From a virus (taxonomy: Duplodnaviria; Heunggongvirae; Uroviricota; Caudoviricetes), in IMG/VR virus record IMGVR_UViG_3300035670_000017, positions 64,850-128,849 of that record: 64,000 nucleotides of DNA. One strand, given 5' to 3'. Both the position numbers and the translations under genes were made by a program. Below are positions 25,514-35,445 of this stretch, piece after piece. The notes beneath the pieces were generated by a model. The model was not told the origin of the DNA, did no database searches, and saw only the letters and a list, made by a program, of their open reading frames with translations. Each line of letters opens with the position of its first letter. Position 1 is the first letter of the stretch.

Positions 25514-26455
25514 ATGTCCATTTATTCACTTCCTCAAACACCTCCTTACGACTACGTCCGTTTCAAACAGATCTGTCACGGCTATGAAATTGTGTCCTCG
25601 GCTTCTCTTTTTCAAGAGAGAGTGGAATTCAGTCATATTCGCGATATGAAGACTGGTGAGACAGTCTATTATCGCTTCTTCGAGAATACACCGAAGGCGT
25701 TCTATAAAACAGTAATCGATGACGTTCAACGCGATGCCCAAAAATGGTCTAAACTTTCCAAAGAAGAAATTGAAAAGGTAATTGAAGAATACTCCAAGAA
25801 ACCAAACAAATTCCGCAATGCAAGTTTATCCGGTCGTCAGGAACCTCTTGGTGGCTTCATGTCAATTGAGTTCGAGCCTTTCGATAATTGGCTCGAAGTT
25901 TTCCTTGGACAAGAGCCTCCTATCCGTAGACACTTCTGTATTCTTCGAGATGATTGCGGAGAACAACTGTTCAAACTTTTAGACCATACATTCCAAGGAG
26001 ATGGCTTTAAGATCAATGCAGAAGTTTCACTCGAAGACGACGATTTGATTGATATCACCTACGCTGGCAGTCGACTGACTGATGATATCTTGAACTCAAT
26101 TCGTGATCTAGGTGTGACGACTAGATTTCTCAGACACTTGATCGCCTGTCCGAATAACGAGCATGCTAAACAAATGTTTGAGAAAGAGCGTATTCGGGTA
26201 GTGCGCAACCAACTCGATCTTGACCTACTGGTGAAATATGTGTTGGAACCAGAGGCTGAGTACGAAGAAGATCGCGAAGCTCTTGAACTGATGGAAAATA
26301 TCAAGAACGCAGGAGAAATTGAATTCCCATTCATTATTGGAGAGGAAAAAGTCGAGACCTACGGGTTCCCAGCTCTGGCCTGGAAATCTATCAATACTCG
26401 AATCAAAGAACTGGAAGCACAAATTCTTGATCTCCGAATTCTAAAGCAACATTAA
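25514..26455 (+). CDS. hypothetical protein (313 aa)
   Basis: Long ORF. Acidic C-terminal region. Confidence 0.5.
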   Translation: MSIYSLPQTPPYDYVRFKQICHGYEIVSSASLFQERVEFSHIRDMKTGETVYYRFFENTPKAFYKTVIDDVQRDAQKWSKLSKEEIEKVIEEYSKKPNKFRNASLSGRQEPLGGFMSIEFEPFDNWLEVFLGQEPPIRRHFCILRDDCGEQLFKLLDHTFQGDGFKINAEVSLEDDDLIDITYAGSRLTDDILNSIRDLGVTTRFLRHLIACPNNEHAKQMFEKERIRVVRNQLDLDLLVKYVLEPEAEYEEDREALELMENIKNAGEIEFPFIIGEEKVETYGFPALAWKSINTRIKELEAQILDLRILKQH

Positions 26456-26459
26456 ACAT

Positions 26460-26753
26460 ATGACAAAATTCATCGTTGTAACCGTGATGGACACGCAGTC
26501 TTTGACTGATGAGCAAAAAACTGAACTCAGAGTAGCTATTGCTACCGCTGGGTTTAAGACGCAGCATGCTTATAGTCAGACCTGTTTCTTTGATTTCCCT
26601 CCTGGGACATACGAGTATATTTCTGACACTAAGGCCAGTCATGACGTGGTTGGTATATTCACCAGCTTGGCTGCGCCTTATTTCAAACAACCACCAAAGG
26701 TGATGTGTGTCTCTTTTGGTCAGTTTTCCAGCAACCATCTCATCCGAAAGTAA
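26460..26753 (+). CDS. hypothetical protein (97 aa)
   Basis: ORF 4 nt after the upstream stop. Confidence 0.45.
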   Translation: MTKFIVVTVMDTQSLTDEQKTELRVAIATAGFKTQHAYSQTCFFDFPPGTYEYISDTKASHDVVGIFTSLAAPYFKQPPKVMCVSFGQFSSNHLIRK

Positions 26754-26765
26754 AAGGAAATCTTC

Positions 26766-27284
26766 ATGAACACGGAACGTATTCATCAAGTCACCATCCC
26801 GCTCATCAAAGAGTACCTCGAAAAAGAAATTCGAAACCGCTTCATGAGTCTGGTGTTTGACAAGGCCAAATATTCCGCTTTGGTATCAATTGCTGCTGAC
26901 CTGGCAGCTATGTGTACTAAAGAGTTCAATATCACACCTTTGGTAACTAACGACCACAAAGCTATCTTAGATCTTTCTATTACTCAAACAGAAAAGCCGA
27001 AGATAATCGTAGCGTATCCAGCTCCTCTGGATGTTGAAGACGCAGATGTTGGGTCAAACACTCGACACATGCGGCGTGGTCTTAATAACATGCGTTTAAT
27101 GAAAGCGTTGGCAGAGCTTCCTACTCCGATTTTAGTCATATTGATTAACGGCTGCCAGTACGACGAATTGAAGCAACCTCATTTCCGTCGTTTAGATTTT
27201 GGTGAACAGAGTTTCTATCTGTCATCGTCAGTTAAACTATTCACTGAGGATGAAGTCCTAACACTACGCGACAATAAATTCTGA
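26766..27284 (+). CDS. hypothetical protein (172 aa)
   Basis: AAAAGGAAATCTTCATG RBS-start. Confidence 0.5.
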   Translation: MNTERIHQVTIPLIKEYLEKEIRNRFMSLVFDKAKYSALVSIAADLAAMCTKEFNITPLVTNDHKAILDLSITQTEKPKIIVAYPAPLDVEDADVGSNTRHMRRGLNNMRLMKALAELPTPILVILINGCQYDELKQPHFRRLDFGEQSFYLSSSVKLFTEDEVLTLRDNKF

Positions 27285-27295
27285 AAGGAATCAAC

Positions 27296-27928
27296 ATGTG
27301 CAAAATTCTCTCTACTATCGTCATTGATCACGCTCAGACACCTTCCCAGGTTCCAGGTTACGCTCAGATCGTCAAGAACTTTAAGTTCATCTCTGATGAA
27401 AGTCAAATCACGGATGATGTACCTATGGCTGTCGTAGTCTGGGATAACTATGACTTCGGTCGAAAAATGGCTCTTCTGAAGAAAGCGATGAAAAAGGGTA
27501 CCTGGGTAACTATGGTTACTTTCGGCACAGGGTTTAATCCCAGTCGCTGGACATGGTGGGATAAGAACGCCTCATTAGTTGTCTCTCTCAGTGCCGATGG
27601 TAGTATCGATTTTGATGCAGAGGGAGAGCGTTACGCTCTGTCACCTGACGAAATCAATAAACAACTCACGCGTGGCTTCGAATCAGGTAATTACCACTAT
27701 ACGGTAGTCCAGCTCAGTGACCTACAATCAGAGATGGACATGATCTGGCTTAAACCTGGTGCGTCTCTCTATGACGTATGTGCTCTGGCGACTGCGTTGA
27801 ATGCAGGTATCATCTCTCCGAGCATCGGAGCTACAGATTCATTCAATGAAGCAGCTGCTTTCGGATTATCGATGGAATCCATGAAGCACGACCAGACACT
27901 CGCTATTCGACGGGCACCTAAAAGCTAA
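27296..27928 (+). CDS. hypothetical protein (210 aa)
   Basis: AAAGGAATCAACATG RBS-start. Confidence 0.5.
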   Translation: MCKILSTIVIDHAQTPSQVPGYAQIVKNFKFISDESQITDDVPMAVVVWDNYDFGRKMALLKKAMKKGTWVTMVTFGTGFNPSRWTWWDKNASLVVSLSADGSIDFDAEGERYALSPDEINKQLTRGFESGNYHYTVVQLSDLQSEMDMIWLKPGASLYDVCALATALNAGIISPSIGATDSFNEAAAFGLSMESMKHDQTLAIRRAPKS

Positions 27929-27932
27929 CCAC

Positions 27933-28145
27933 ATGAAGATACTCCATACGGCGTTTGGAGAAACTCGGGAGGTCTCTGTCGACATCTATCAAAATGGAAC
28001 TAAGATAGAGGCCACTGAGTATGATCAGGTTCTCTGGGTGGAGCGGGAAGAAGATTGGTATGCTCTGATTAGCCCAAAGTTACGTAAACAAAAAGTCGCA
28101 GTCGTCATTGCGCAGAAATGGAGAGACAGTGAAAATAATCTCTGA
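27933..28145 (+). CDS. hypothetical protein (70 aa)
   Basis: Short ORF directly after the upstream stop. Confidence 0.35.
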   Translation: MKILHTAFGETREVSVDIYQNGTKIEATEYDQVLWVEREEDWYALISPKLRKQKVAVVIAQKWRDSENNL

Positions 28146-28305
28146 TAACTGGTCGAAGAAAAAGATCAGTTTTGAAAAGCTTTCTTTTGTTCATTTTCCT
28201 TCTGCTTTCACTGAGTAATAGGGAGAAATGGGGTAAGTACACGGAGTTGAAGATTAAAAGAAGAGCCTATAAATTCATAGGCAACCAAGCAATCAAAAAC
28301 TAAGG

Positions 28306-28809
28306 ATGTCTCAAATGAGAATCACTGATCCAACACTCGTCAAAGATTATCTGATCTTTGCGTATCATGATTGTATCCATAAAAATACAGTCAAGAACAA
28401 GCATGAATACCTTATGCGGGTTTTCATGCCTAAACTGCCTGTTCTACAGGACATTGGTCAGTTGACCAGGTTCACGGATGGGTACATCAATGTACTGGAG
28501 CAAGTCGTTGCTAGATCTTTGACGTCTTTCGATGTCGATTATCTCCCGACCATGATGCTTGCCTCGTCCATTGAAATCATCCAGGAGCTAAAGGAATCCG
28601 TCTTGAGCAATCACGACTACACCCTTTATCTGAGCTGGGATGACTATGATCGAGCGATGCTCTTGCATCCGGAAGAATACATCAGCCATGAGAGTACGCG
28701 AAATGAAAGCCTGCGTACACTTTTCTCTAAGGAAGCTTATTTCACACTGAACCAAGCAACCTCAAAGCAATTCCTTCAGGCCATCATAGACTTTTACAAA
28801 GAAGTGTAG
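28306..28809 (+). CDS. hypothetical protein (167 aa)
   Basis: CTAAGGATGTCTCAAATG RBS-start. Preceded by a 160-bp non-coding spacer. Confidence 0.5.
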   Translation: MSQMRITDPTLVKDYLIFAYHDCIHKNTVKNKHEYLMRVFMPKLPVLQDIGQLTRFTDGYINVLEQVVARSLTSFDVDYLPTMMLASSIEIIQELKESVLSNHDYTLYLSWDDYDRAMLLHPEEYISHESTRNESLRTLFSKEAYFTLNQATSKQFLQAIIDFYKEV

Positions 28810-28837
28810 AAGTCTTTTACACTTTTAGAGACTAGTC

Positions 28838-29224
28838 ATGATCACCTTCATCTTAATTGTCGCGCAAGACAAGATCAGTCACCGGACAGCCCAAAGAGCT
28901 TTGCCTTTGTGGCTTCCGTCATTCGGCCCGCTTGTGTCTCGGTCTGAGATTCCTTTGGATAAGGATAGCCTAGTCTTGGGTCATCCTTATTTGAAAACCA
29001 CTGAGCAACCCGAAGGTAACTTTGTATCAGTGGCTCTTGTCACTGAACCGGAAACACAAGGTAAACGATTAGTCACCTGTGATCTTCGCTTCGAGTACAA
29101 GGACCGAGTCATGACCCCAGTCGGAATCACTGCGGCATTGGGCTTGAAGCCGATCAACGACTTTTCCCAAGTTCACCGTTTGGTGAAATTCATCAAGGAA
29201 AATAAAGACAATTCAACTAAATGA
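28838..29224 (+). CDS. hypothetical protein (128 aa)
   Basis: ORF in the + array. Confidence 0.4.
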   Translation: MITFILIVAQDKISHRTAQRALPLWLPSFGPLVSRSEIPLDKDSLVLGHPYLKTTEQPEGNFVSVALVTEPETQGKRLVTCDLRFEYKDRVMTPVGITAALGLKPINDFSQVHRLVKFIKENKDNSTK

Positions 29225-29272
29225 GTTGGCGTTACCTACCCTTCGTCAACTTTTCTCATGAGAGATTATAAA

Positions 29273-30037
29273 ATGCAAAAGAAAATCATCGCAGTAGCAG
29301 TGGCGTCTGCTATTACCCTCACAGCTTGCGGTCCTGATACTCCTACAGAAGAACAGTTTCGAAACTCTGTAGTCAGTCAGGCTGCTATGGATTCCAGCAA
29401 CCGTGACAAGATCATGGCTGAAAAGATCCAAGCTCAGATGAAGCTCCTGGATCCTTCTATCGTCGGAGTAGATCCAGCGTTCGCTGACAATCTACCCACT
29501 GTCTCCATTCATCGTCAGACAGCTGATGGTGCATATGAGAGTTGGACTATGCCACCCAAGGACTATGAGCGATTGATCGCAGAGATCTCACCGCAGTTAC
29601 GGGAAAACAAAAGCGATGACGACTACGGCATCGGCTCAGTCGTAGCTGCCGGCGCAGCCGGTATGTTGGCAGGTGCTCTGATCAGCAACATGGCGAACGC
29701 CACCAACCGCACGCGCATCCCTGATCAGACTTCCTTGGCTAACTATCGTAACGGGACTCGTTCAGTCTATAATCGACTGACTGTGGCGCGCCAAGGACGT
29801 AAGTTCGACAATGAGCGTGAGAAGGAACGCCGTGGTGGGGGCGGGTATGTATCCCCTTACATCAACCAAAACAACGCCAATACCACGCACACAAACTCCG
29901 CCGGGTATTCTGGAAAGAGCTTCCGACCAAACTCTACATCCTCCTCCAGTAGCTACTCTGCACCATCTTCTCCATCACGCTCTAGTTCGTCGGGCCGTGC
30001 ATTCTCTTCCGGTGCTCGGGGCTCGGTCAGTGGTTAA
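29273..30037 (+). CDS. lipoprotein with glycine-zipper segment and Ser-rich C-terminal tail (254 aa from ATG 29273)
   Basis: Signal peptide plus lipobox AITLTAC. Gly-zipper GIGSVVAAGAAGMLAGALISNMANA (SlyB/Pcp-like). C-terminal SSSSYSAPSSPSRSSSSG low complexity. Confidence 0.55.
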   Translation: MQKKIIAVAVASAITLTACGPDTPTEEQFRNSVVSQAAMDSSNRDKIMAEKIQAQMKLLDPSIVGVDPAFADNLPTVSIHRQTADGAYESWTMPPKDYERLIAEISPQLRENKSDDDYGIGSVVAAGAAGMLAGALISNMANATNRTRIPDQTSLANYRNGTRSVYNRLTVARQGRKFDNEREKERRGGGGYVSPYINQNNANTTHTNSAGYSGKSFRPNSTSSSSSYSAPSSPSRSSSSGRAFSSGARGSVSG

Positions 30038-30054
30038 ACAATCTGAAAGACAAT

Positions 30055-31350
30055 ATGACATTTCCCTTCATCGCAAAGAAAAAACTGACTCAACCTTTCT
30101 TGACAGTACAGGAAATTGCTGATCGCGAGACAGTCTTTTTGCAAGCTATGCTGCAAGATCCCCTGTTCAAGCGGAACTTCCTGGAGTGGTTTGAGTACTA
30201 CGATAAAAATCGTGAGAACATGCACATCTACTCCGTCAAGCGCAAGTGGGCTGAAGACATCGGTCAGCTTCTGACTGGTCTGACGACTGAATTGCATCGT
30301 TTCGTCAAAGAAGTTCTGCAACGCCACTCTCCCGAAGAACTGTTCCAGCTCTACCCGATGCCAGGTGTGAGTCAAGAGCGCTTCATCGAGTTCGCTAAAT
30401 ATGCGAAGTGGACAGCAGAGCAAAACCATCGCAACATTGGCTCTCGTTACGACTTTGCGATCAATCCATCCGGCAATATCTTCATCTATGAAATCAATGC
30501 CGACACTCCGTCGATGCTGTTTGAATCGATGAACTTGCAGAACTTGATGTCTGAGCATCTGGGTAACACTGAAGCTCAGTTCAATGAGATCTGGGAGATG
30601 TCTAAGGATAATCCTTTTGTCGGGCCTGATGAAACCGTCGCAATCGTGACGCATGACAAGTCGGGTGAAGACTTTGGTTCGGTGGAATCGATTGCTCAGT
30701 TGGCTGAGAATGGTGGCGGTACTGTTTTGTTCAGCACTTTGGATGACTTGATGTTCGACCCTGAAGAAGAGCATCGTAGTCCATTCTTCCTAAAGTCGAT
30801 CCCTGAAACAGAACTGGATAGCCTCTACGTCATGCTTCCTTGGGAAGAGATGCTTGAGTCGGAAATGAAGATCATTGAGAACTGGGAGAAGTGGTGTGAA
30901 TACGTCAACTTCTTCGAACCAGCTTGGGCTTGGTTCCTTTCCCATAAGTTCTTGCTGGCTGATTTCTGTGCTGAATACGGACGCAGTTTCTCGATCGACG
31001 GTATCACGCCGATTATCCATTTGGATTCTTCTCGAACACCAGTCGCAATTGGTGAATATGTGAGCAAGCCGGTGGTTGGACGCAAGTCTTCCGACGTAGC
31101 GATTCATTGTGCTATGTCTATCGGCCCACAAGGTCAGATATACCTGCATAAATCCAAGAACGAAACCTATTCACATGTTCCTATGGTCTATCAGCCTCTT
31201 CGTGAGACGATCAAGATCGACGGAGCAAGTGCTATGGGATGCATGTGGACTTACGGCCCATCAGCGGCTTGTCTGAGCTTCCGTGAATTCGATGGCCCTA
31301 TCCTGGAAGTTGATAACGAACGTGTCATCATGCACGAACTCGTTGATTAA
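30055..31350 (+). CDS. GSP_synth-family ATP-grasp enzyme (glutathionylspermidine synthetase-like, 431 aa)
   Basis: Motif NIFIYEINADTPSMLFES recalls the EFNADTP signature of glutathionylspermidine synthetase / YgiC-YjfC ATP-grasp proteins. Confidence 0.45.
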   Translation: MTFPFIAKKKLTQPFLTVQEIADRETVFLQAMLQDPLFKRNFLEWFEYYDKNRENMHIYSVKRKWAEDIGQLLTGLTTELHRFVKEVLQRHSPEELFQLYPMPGVSQERFIEFAKYAKWTAEQNHRNIGSRYDFAINPSGNIFIYEINADTPSMLFESMNLQNLMSEHLGNTEAQFNEIWEMSKDNPFVGPDETVAIVTHDKSGEDFGSVESIAQLAENGGGTVLFSTLDDLMFDPEEEHRSPFFLKSIPETELDSLYVMLPWEEMLESEMKIIENWEKWCEYVNFFEPAWAWFLSHKFLLADFCAEYGRSFSIDGITPIIHLDSSRTPVAIGEYVSKPVVGRKSSDVAIHCAMSIGPQGQIYLHKSKNETYSHVPMVYQPLRETIKIDGASAMGCMWTYGPSAACLSFREFDGPILEVDNERVIMHELVD

Positions 31351-31351
31351 A

Positions 31352-31474
31352 ATGACAGAAGAGCAAAAACAAAAGCGTTTCAGCGAACTCATGTCCCTTG
31401 ATGCTTGGTGGTTTCGCTTCCAGCTTCAGGGGAGATGGGATAAGCTATGTAAGCAGTTCCTGAGGAAGATGTAA
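31352..31474 (+). CDS. possible small protein (40 aa)
   Basis: ATG overlaps the upstream stop (TAAAATG). Low confidence. Confidence 0.25.
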   Translation: MTEEQKQKRFSELMSLDAWWFRFQLQGRWDKLCKQFLRKM

Positions 31475-31564
31475 CAATCTAACTAGGTTGCTGGATATTT
31501 TGAGAGAGCGGGCATACCCTTATAAGGATGGGGTTTATCATCCTTGTTTTAAAATGGAAAACAA

Positions 31565-32452
31565 ATGAAGTTTGGAAAAACAATCTGGCGTGCTCTGGCA
31601 GCCGTAGCCCTGGTTGCAGGTTTGACAGCATGCGGTGAAAAGGTGGAAGTACCTCCTGCTCACGTTGGCAAAATCATGACTAAGGATGGTTATCAGGACA
31701 ACCTGATCCCTACATCGAAGTTCCGTCTGGAGAAGTGCTGGGCGTACTGCGATCGCTTGGTTCTGCTGGATGTGTCCGACAAGGCTTATCAGGAATCGAT
31801 GTCGATCTTCATTCCTGAAGACAAGCTGAATCTGGAAGTGACGATTCGTGCTACTCTGAGTATCAACCCAAACAAGACGACCGAGCTGTTCACAGCTATT
31901 TCTCCCAAGGAAGAATCGGACCAAGTCTCGACGATCGCTAATGAGACAGTGTATCGCACCTACGCAAGTCAGATCATTCAGACTGAAGTACGCGAATATC
32001 TGAGCAAGTATTCGATCGCAGAAATCGCTTCCAGTAATGAGAAGATGAATGCAGATCTGCGCACTCAGCTGAGCAAGATCATCGAAGCCCGCACACCTTT
32101 CTCGGTGCGTTATGTCGGCATCACGAATCTGAAGTATCCAAAGATCATCACGGATGCACAAGAGTCTGCCGCTGAACGTCGTGAGGCTATTCAGAAAGAA
32201 GAAGCACAACTGGCCATCTCCAAGGCTCAGCTGGAGCGTCAACTGCAAGAAGCTAAACTGCAACGCGCTATTGACAAGGAAAAGGCTGAAACCGAAGCTC
32301 TGTCTCAGACGGTCTTGGCTCAATCCGTTGACGCGCGTGTGCTACAGTTGCGCAAGCTGGAAAACGAACGCGCCTGGATCGAGAAGTGGAATGGTCAACT
32401 GCCTACGACCGCTTTGGGTGACGCTGTTCCCATGGTGAATCTGAGCAAATGA
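31565..32452 (+). CDS. SPFH/band-7 family lipoprotein (295 aa)
   Basis: Signal peptide plus lipobox GLTAC. SPFH-like core (VGKIMTKDG ... VRYVGITNLKYPKIITDAQESAAERREAIQKEEA). Coiled-coil tail. C-terminal KWNGQLPTT. Confidence 0.55.
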   Translation: MKFGKTIWRALAAVALVAGLTACGEKVEVPPAHVGKIMTKDGYQDNLIPTSKFRLEKCWAYCDRLVLLDVSDKAYQESMSIFIPEDKLNLEVTIRATLSINPNKTTELFTAISPKEESDQVSTIANETVYRTYASQIIQTEVREYLSKYSIAEIASSNEKMNADLRTQLSKIIEARTPFSVRYVGITNLKYPKIITDAQESAAERREAIQKEEAQLAISKAQLERQLQEAKLQRAIDKEKAETEALSQTVLAQSVDARVLQLRKLENERAWIEKWNGQLPTTALGDAVPMVNLSK

Positions 32453-32745
32453 CACTTCTCTATAACCTCATGCTGCCACTCATCCTTTTGAGTGGGTTGT
32501 TCCTGACCTGGAAGTTCAAGAAGATCTGGATCTTGGCGATCACGCTATTGGTCTTGTTCATCTACTTCAAGGCTCAGCCATCTTACCTTCCCAAAGGTCA
32601 GATCAATCGCACCGCGCTACCTGCCTTTGAGGCAAAGCCTGATCTGGAGATCGAAGATCGCTTGAGTAAGCCCAAGGATCCCGATCAACGTCAGGCTGAA
32701 CAGGACGAAAGATACCGCAATGGTCTAGAGTTCATCCAAAAGTAA
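32449..32745 (+). CDS. small membrane protein (98 aa, 2 TM), translationally coupled to the SPFH gene
   Basis: ATGA overlap. TM helices LMLPLILLSGLFLTW and IWILAITLLVLFIYF. Confidence 0.5.
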   Translation: MTLLYNLMLPLILLSGLFLTWKFKKIWILAITLLVLFIYFKAQPSYLPKGQINRTALPAFEAKPDLEIEDRLSKPKDPDQRQAEQDERYRNGLEFIQK

Positions 32746-32752
32746 CCCCAGT

Positions 32753-32794
32753 ACACCAGGAGCGATGCTCCTGGTGTGCGTTACCTTTTTATTC
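32753..32794 (+). terminator. intrinsic terminator (acaccagg agcgatgct cctggtgt + T-run)
   Basis: 8-bp stem followed by gcgttacctttttattc. Confidence 0.6.
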
Positions 32795-32796
32795 AT

Positions 32797-33099
32797 ATGT
32801 CAGTCAAATACAAATACCAGGTTAAAAAGTGGTCTGAAGTCGAAGACGATGCCGAGATTTACTATCCCCTCGGAATTAATTCTGCGACACGCTCAACACT
32901 GAATGATCTGTTAGCTCTAGCATGTGCCTGGACACTGGGAGTCTACCATGTCACGGCCAGTTACGAATTTCTTCCTAAGCTTAGGTGGTTGAGTATCTTC
33001 AATGATTACCATGCTAGTTACGGGCAATCGGACCGGGTCTTCAACGCTTATGAATACGTGATTGTTCGAACAAAAAACGAACTATTTGCCTTGGACTAA
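32797..33099 (+). CDS. hypothetical protein (about 100 aa; start uncertain)
   Basis: ORF between two terminators. No clear RBS. Confidence 0.3.
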   Translation: MSVKYKYQVKKWSEVEDDAEIYYPLGINSATRSTLNDLLALACAWTLGVYHVTASYEFLPKLRWLSIFNDYHASYGQSDRVFNAYEYVIVRTKNELFALD

Positions 33100-33108
33100 T
33101 TAATCATC

Positions 33109-33161
33109 CATCTGAGTCTTAAAGACTCAGATGCAGTACCCTTTGTATTATTTTTTGTTTG
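33109..33161 (+). terminator. intrinsic terminator (catctgagtctt aa agactcagatg + long T-run)
   Basis: 11-bp stem followed by ctttgtattattttttgtttg. Confidence 0.7.
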
Positions 33162-33179
33162 TATATACTTTACTTGAAC
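33162..33179 (+). promoter_or_regulatory. motif copy 5 TATATACTTTACTTGAAC
   Basis: 31 bp upstream of ATG 33210. Confidence 0.5.
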
Positions 33180-33209
33180 TGACTTTGGTTTAAACAAAAG
33201 GAAACTCTC

Positions 33210-33431
33210 ATGACAAACACGCCGATTATTCGCATTTCTGTGAGTATCTATTTGCTGAATGAAGCAGTGGAGTATCACAAGAATAACCCTCATCTCCGTT
33301 TGGGTCAAGCCATCTATGACCATCTCGGTCTAGAGAAGATGAATCAGCACCGAGACCAACTGAATACTCTGTATCAAAAGGATGGGGAAGAAGCAATGGC
33401 TCTTTTCCATAAATTGTTCGAACTCTCTTGA
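33210..33431 (+). CDS. hypothetical protein (73 aa)
   Basis: AAAGGAAACTCTCATG RBS-start. Confidence 0.5.
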   Translation: MTNTPIIRISVSIYLLNEAVEYHKNNPHLRLGQAIYDHLGLEKMNQHRDQLNTLYQKDGEEAMALFHKLFELS

Positions 33432-33719
33432 GTGAAGCACATGGCTAATAAGAAAAAGCAATTCCTAAATAAAAGACAAAGTCAATTGACTTCCAAGATT
33501 CGCAAGACCTTGGTTAAATGGAATCAAGAAAACAAAAGCAACTTCAAGCTTCACATGTATGTCCGGGATGACCGGATTCATTACACTGATCTGGCTAAGG
33601 CTAGTTCTCGTGAAACTATGCTTGAGTTGAAACAAGCGATCGGTATCAATAACAAGCGACTCAATCAAACTGATAAGTGGCTGCGCAAAGCTGTCGCGAC
33701 TTATGACATCTTTCTCTGA
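33432..33719 (+). CDS. hypothetical basic protein (95 aa)
   Basis: Starts at the upstream stop. Lys-rich. Confidence 0.45.
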   Translation: MKHMANKKKQFLNKRQSQLTSKIRKTLVKWNQENKSNFKLHMYVRDDRIHYTDLAKASSRETMLELKQAIGINNKRLNQTDKWLRKAVATYDIFL

Positions 33720-33750
33720 TATCAGAGAAATCCAACCTAAGGAAACCAAT

Positions 33751-34038
33751 ATGCTTTCAGTGGAAGATCTCCAAGATCCTATTTTCAAGACCGACTTTCA
33801 ACCTGAGCCGGGTAAATACCATGTAGCTTTTACCAAAGAGGTACTGACCCAGGTGAACGATGGTCGTAACTTTACGCTGATAAAGACTTTCGACGACGAT
33901 ACTCCAGTAGAAGAATGGCAAGCTTGCGTCTCAAAGCTGTTTAAATCTTTCGACATCTTTGGCGTGCTTTTGATCACTCCCGAAGGAGAGAATCATCTTT
34001 ATTGTCCCAAGCCTCCCAAGAACACCAATCTCAATTGA
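33751..34038 (+). CDS. hypothetical protein (95 aa from ATG 33751)
   Basis: AAGGAAACCAATATG RBS-start. The track's earlier start overlaps the upstream gene. Confidence 0.45.
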   Translation: MLSVEDLQDPIFKTDFQPEPGKYHVAFTKEVLTQVNDGRNFTLIKTFDDDTPVEEWQACVSKLFKSFDIFGVLLITPEGENHLYCPKPPKNTNLN

Positions 34039-34052
34039 CAAAGGAATTCATC

Positions 34053-34436
34053 ATGGGCTACGATATCCGTATTGGTGAAAAGATGCGAGGAGTCCTTGAC
34101 CCCGAAATAGGTGAGCAAACCTATGTGGAAGCGATCTTCATACCTGGCTCTCCTAGTGTAGTTAATACTACACTCCATACGGCGTCCAGTAACGTCGTAT
34201 TCACATCCTATTCCGGGCCGCAGTACGTTATTGAAAATACCGAGATTGAAAAATACGTACGCTTTGCTCATATTGAGCAACCAGTCACGGAAGAAATGGA
34301 GCGAGGACTAGCTGCTTGTATCGCTGCTTATCAAGGCGATCGCCAAGGATACAGTTTTTCCTTGTTGCAATGGATGCACTGGTGGGTAACCTACAGTTTG
34401 GATAATTGCTCCAATCCTGTAATTGTCATGAATTAA
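34053..34436 (+). CDS. hypothetical protein (127 aa from ATG 34053)
   Basis: AAAGGAATTCATCATG RBS-start. Confidence 0.45.
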   Translation: MGYDIRIGEKMRGVLDPEIGEQTYVEAIFIPGSPSVVNTTLHTASSNVVFTSYSGPQYVIENTEIEKYVRFAHIEQPVTEEMERGLAACIAAYQGDRQGYSFSLLQWMHWWVTYSLDNCSNPVIVMN

Positions 34437-34446
34437 TGGATAAATC

Positions 34447-34941
34447 ATGCTCGACTTAATCAACCTTTTTCGTCACGCAGTAATTAGTGTCGGTAAAGAA
34501 CCAAAGATCATCTTTGAACGTCTGATAGCTGCGACTCAGATAACAGAAGCACCTGCTGTAACATTATTAACAGGTCACATAGATTACCATGGTAGCTGCA
34601 GTGCAGACGCAGCCCAAAAGCTCAATAATGAGCTGGTTAAGAAGTTTGGAATTCATTCCTGGGTACACAATGGTTCGTCCAGTGTGGGTGTGGAGGAAAA
34701 TGATGATGCGTATTCGATTATATTCATCGATATCCGATTAGAGCGACTCGTCGAACATGTTTACATCAATAGTGACTACGGTATGAGAACTGATTTCTTA
34801 GGAAATCGTATCCATATCTCGATAACAACTGCGACATCAAAGACCCCCTGGAAATACGCTCTAGAAACAATGCTTACGAGCGTTCTGGACTCTAAGCAGT
34901 TGGAAAATCTGACTTTTAAAGTAGACAAGAAGTCTACTTAA
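34447..34941 (+). CDS. hypothetical protein (164 aa)
   Basis: ORF in the + array. Confidence 0.45.
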   Translation: MLDLINLFRHAVISVGKEPKIIFERLIAATQITEAPAVTLLTGHIDYHGSCSADAAQKLNNELVKKFGIHSWVHNGSSSVGVEENDDAYSIIFIDIRLERLVEHVYINSDYGMRTDFLGNRIHISITTATSKTPWKYALETMLTSVLDSKQLENLTFKVDKKST

Positions 34942-35038
34942 TAAAGATGTTTAGAAAAACATTAGTGGCAAGATTGGTCAGTTGTTACATCCATAACCTG
35001 ATTGATCATCCCAGAAATCCCACATACGTACCGGATAT

Positions 35039-35365
35039 ATGAAAATAGAAATATTTAGCTCGGGTTCGCTCCAACGAGGTAATTTTCAGATTCCGAAAAG
35101 TATCACTGTTATTGTAGCGAGGAATCCTCTTGAAGCCTTAAAGCAATTTGCCAAGATAAATAAGATTGAGGGACAAGAAAATGAAATAGAAATTTACAGT
35201 GACAAATGCATGAAACTCAATGGGTTTCTGTATTACACTGATAAAGAAATAGCTGATAGTAATTTTGCTGATTCTATTCGAACTGCTCTGGGATCAAAGA
35301 TTTTGTCGATTAAAGAGGGTGATGATCGGAGGACATCATTCATATTGGAATACAACGATGAATAA
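35039..35365 (+). CDS. hypothetical protein (108 aa)
   Basis: ORF preceded by about 95 bp of spacer. Confidence 0.4.
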   Translation: MKIEIFSSGSLQRGNFQIPKSITVIVARNPLEALKQFAKINKIEGQENEIEIYSDKCMKLNGFLYYTDKEIADSNFADSIRTALGSKILSIKEGDDRRTSFILEYNDE

Positions 35366-35445
35366 TTGCAACGGGGGTATGGTATTAACCACACCCCCCT
35401 GACTGTTAATTTCATTGTTAGGTGTTTAAATAAAAGGAAATACGA

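Noticed and set aside
30034-32323. Minus-strand ORFs 30034..30774 and 31538..32323
   Set aside because: These are antisense shadows of the GSP_synth-like and SPFH genes. The products are low-complexity Leu/Gln/Arg-rich.
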